Assembly (NCBI GenBank): GCA_026393675.1
Contig: JAPKZQ010000030.1
Coordinates: forward strand, 12,575 to 76,574
From: Acidobacteriota bacterium
GTDB taxonomy: Bacteria; Acidobacteriota; Vicinamibacteria; Vicinamibacterales; JAKQTR01
Direction: 5' to 3'
Length of the DNA: 64,000 nt
Shown here: in pieces, positions 62,999 through 64,000 of the stretch
Layout: every line of letters starts with the position of its first letter
How positions within the stretch are numbered: position 1 is the stretch's first letter
The notes under the pieces: generated by a model
Database searches by the model: none
What the model was told of the DNA's origin: nothing
What the model saw: only the letters and a program-made list of their open reading frames with translations
Translations under genes and position numbers: made by a program

Positions 62999-64000
62999 AT
63001 GACGCACCGATACGCCCGACAGACGTTGCTTTTCGCCGTCCTGGCCTCCATCCTGTTGCCCACACTGGGTACACTGCGCGCGCAGAGCCAGGTACCGGCG
63101 CCCGCTGCTCCACCGGCCGCCGCGTCGCCGGCGACGATTCGCCGCTTCGCCCGCGCGGCCAATCCCATCACGCTCGCCGGCGTGGCCCGTCCCGAGCGCT
63201 ACATGGAAGCGTCGGGCCGCAAGGCCGCGCTCCTCGGGCGCGAAGATGGCAGCTTCGAGGCATGGGTGTACCCGCTCAAGGTGCTGCACGATTTCCGGCT
63301 GTCGTTCGGCGTGCCCGAGTACGCCGATCCCATCCCGGGCGCAAGCCTCGCGAGCTCGGTGGACATTCGTCCCGAAGCGTCGACCATCCGTTACGCGCAC
63401 GGGGCCTTCACCGTGGATGCGACGTGGCTCGTGCCCCTCAATGAGCAGGGCGCGCTCGTGCTGCTCGACGTCCGAACGTCGGAACCTCTCAATCTCGTCG
63501 TCAAGTTCCGCGTTGACCTCAAGCCCATGTGGCCGGCGGCACTCGGTGGACAGTACAGCTACTGGGACAACACGCTGAAGGCGTATGTCGCCGGCGAGGG
63601 CAGCGGGAAGAATGCCGCGCTCATCGGATCGCCGTTTGGTGTCGAGCCGCCTGAGCAGCCCGCGCACAACCTGCCGGACGCGCCGACGCAGTTCACCATC
63701 GCGATTACTCCCGAGACGGCTGCCAAGGGTCTGGTGCCGATTGTGATCGCGGCGAGCCCCGAGGGGTTGGACGCGGCAAAGGCGACGTATCAGAAACTGC
63801 TCACGGCCGCCGCCCCGCTCTACGCGGAAGCCGAGCAGCACTACCGCCGGGTTCGGGACGAGCTCACGAGCATCAACACGCCTGACAATCGGCTCGACCT
63901 CGCGTTTGAATGGGGGAAAGTCGCGCTCGATAAGGGCTTCGTCTGCAATCCACACCTCGGGTGCGGGCTGATTGCCGGCCTGGGCCCCTCAGGCACCAGT
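62999..64000 (+). CDS. 5' part of a secreted protein, possibly an (alpha/alpha)6-barrel glycoside-hydrolase-like enzyme. It runs off the window and is not in the supplied ORF track.
   Basis: I hand-translated from ATG 62999 and found 334 codons with no stop up to the window end. It begins with a signal peptide (MTHRYARQTLLFAVLASILLPTLGTLRAQS) and has GC-rich third positions. The 394-aa antisense track ORF 62771-63955 is the shadow. The functional guess is weak. Confidence 0.6.
   Translation, partial: MTHRYARQTLLFAVLASILLPTLGTLRAQSQVPAPAAPPAAASPATIRRFARAANPITLAGVARPERYMEASGRKAALLGREDGSFEAWVYPLKVLHDFRLSFGVPEYADPIPGASLASSVDIRPEASTIRYAHGAFTVDATWLVPLNEQGALVLLDVRTSEPLNLVVKFRVDLKPMWPAALGGQYSYWDNTLKAYVAGEGSGKNAALIGSPFGVEPPEQPAHNLPDAPTQFTIAITPETAAKGLVPIVIAASPEGLDAAKATYQKLLTAAAPLYAEAEQHYRRVRDELTSINTPDNRLDLAFEWGKVALDKGFVCNPHLGCGLIAGLGPSGTS

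Noticed and set aside
62771-63955. A 394-aa minus-strand ORF at the right end of the window.
   Set aside because: It is antisense to a plus-strand frame (62999 to the window end) that has a signal peptide, sensible composition and no stop. The track omits that frame only because it lacks a stop codon within the window.
1-64000. Searched by eye for CRISPR arrays, rRNA genes, IS elements or transposases, and integrases.
   Set aside because: I saw no regularly spaced direct repeats, no rRNA-like sequence, and no DDE, tyrosine- or serine-recombinase-like ORF. Visual scanning of 64 kb is not exhaustive.

Overview
This is a high-GC bacterial chromosomal segment (by eye about two-thirds G+C, not computed), densely coding on both strands. 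The gene content looks like an Acidobacteriota-type soil bacterium (inference): a CarboxypepD_reg-type TonB-dependent receptor, a sortilin/BNR protein, TPR-fused GT39 glycosyltransferases, a Y_Y_Y-propeller histidine kinase, an ECF sigma factor with a Ser/Thr kinase, and secreted TldD/PmbA pairs. I support about 43 protein genes, one tRNA-Lys(CUU) and several hairpins, terminators and promoter-like sites. I found no rRNA, CRISPR array, transposase or integrase. Many long ORFs in the track are antisense shadow ORFs typical of GC-rich DNA, and several real genes start downstream of the track start; I give corrected starts with RBS evidence. Main second-look items: (1) The 3' part of tRNA-Lys is repeated 5.3 kb downstream (36/37 nt). 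The two copies bracket an integrase-less islet that carries a RelE/ParE-Phd toxin-antitoxin pair, and the repeat is read through by an orphan MNT-type nucleotidyltransferase ORF. (2) A roughly 165-nt intergenic repeat occurs at two loci, and its predicted helices keep pairing through compensatory substitutions. (3) A lone 647-aa ABC/OLD-like ATPase with a degenerate Toprim-like C-terminus is a candidate defence gene. (4) A TAAT..CACTCCCGGAGTG motif family forms a structured leader of a two-subunit molybdenum hydroxylase operon and recurs as a 17-bp-stem hairpin 34 kb away. (5) A near-perfect 25-bp-arm palindrome sits in a divergent intergenic region. (6) An ECF sigma - Ser/Thr kinase - GT39 glycosyltransferase operon is present. 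All functional calls come from motif recognition by eye, with no database search.
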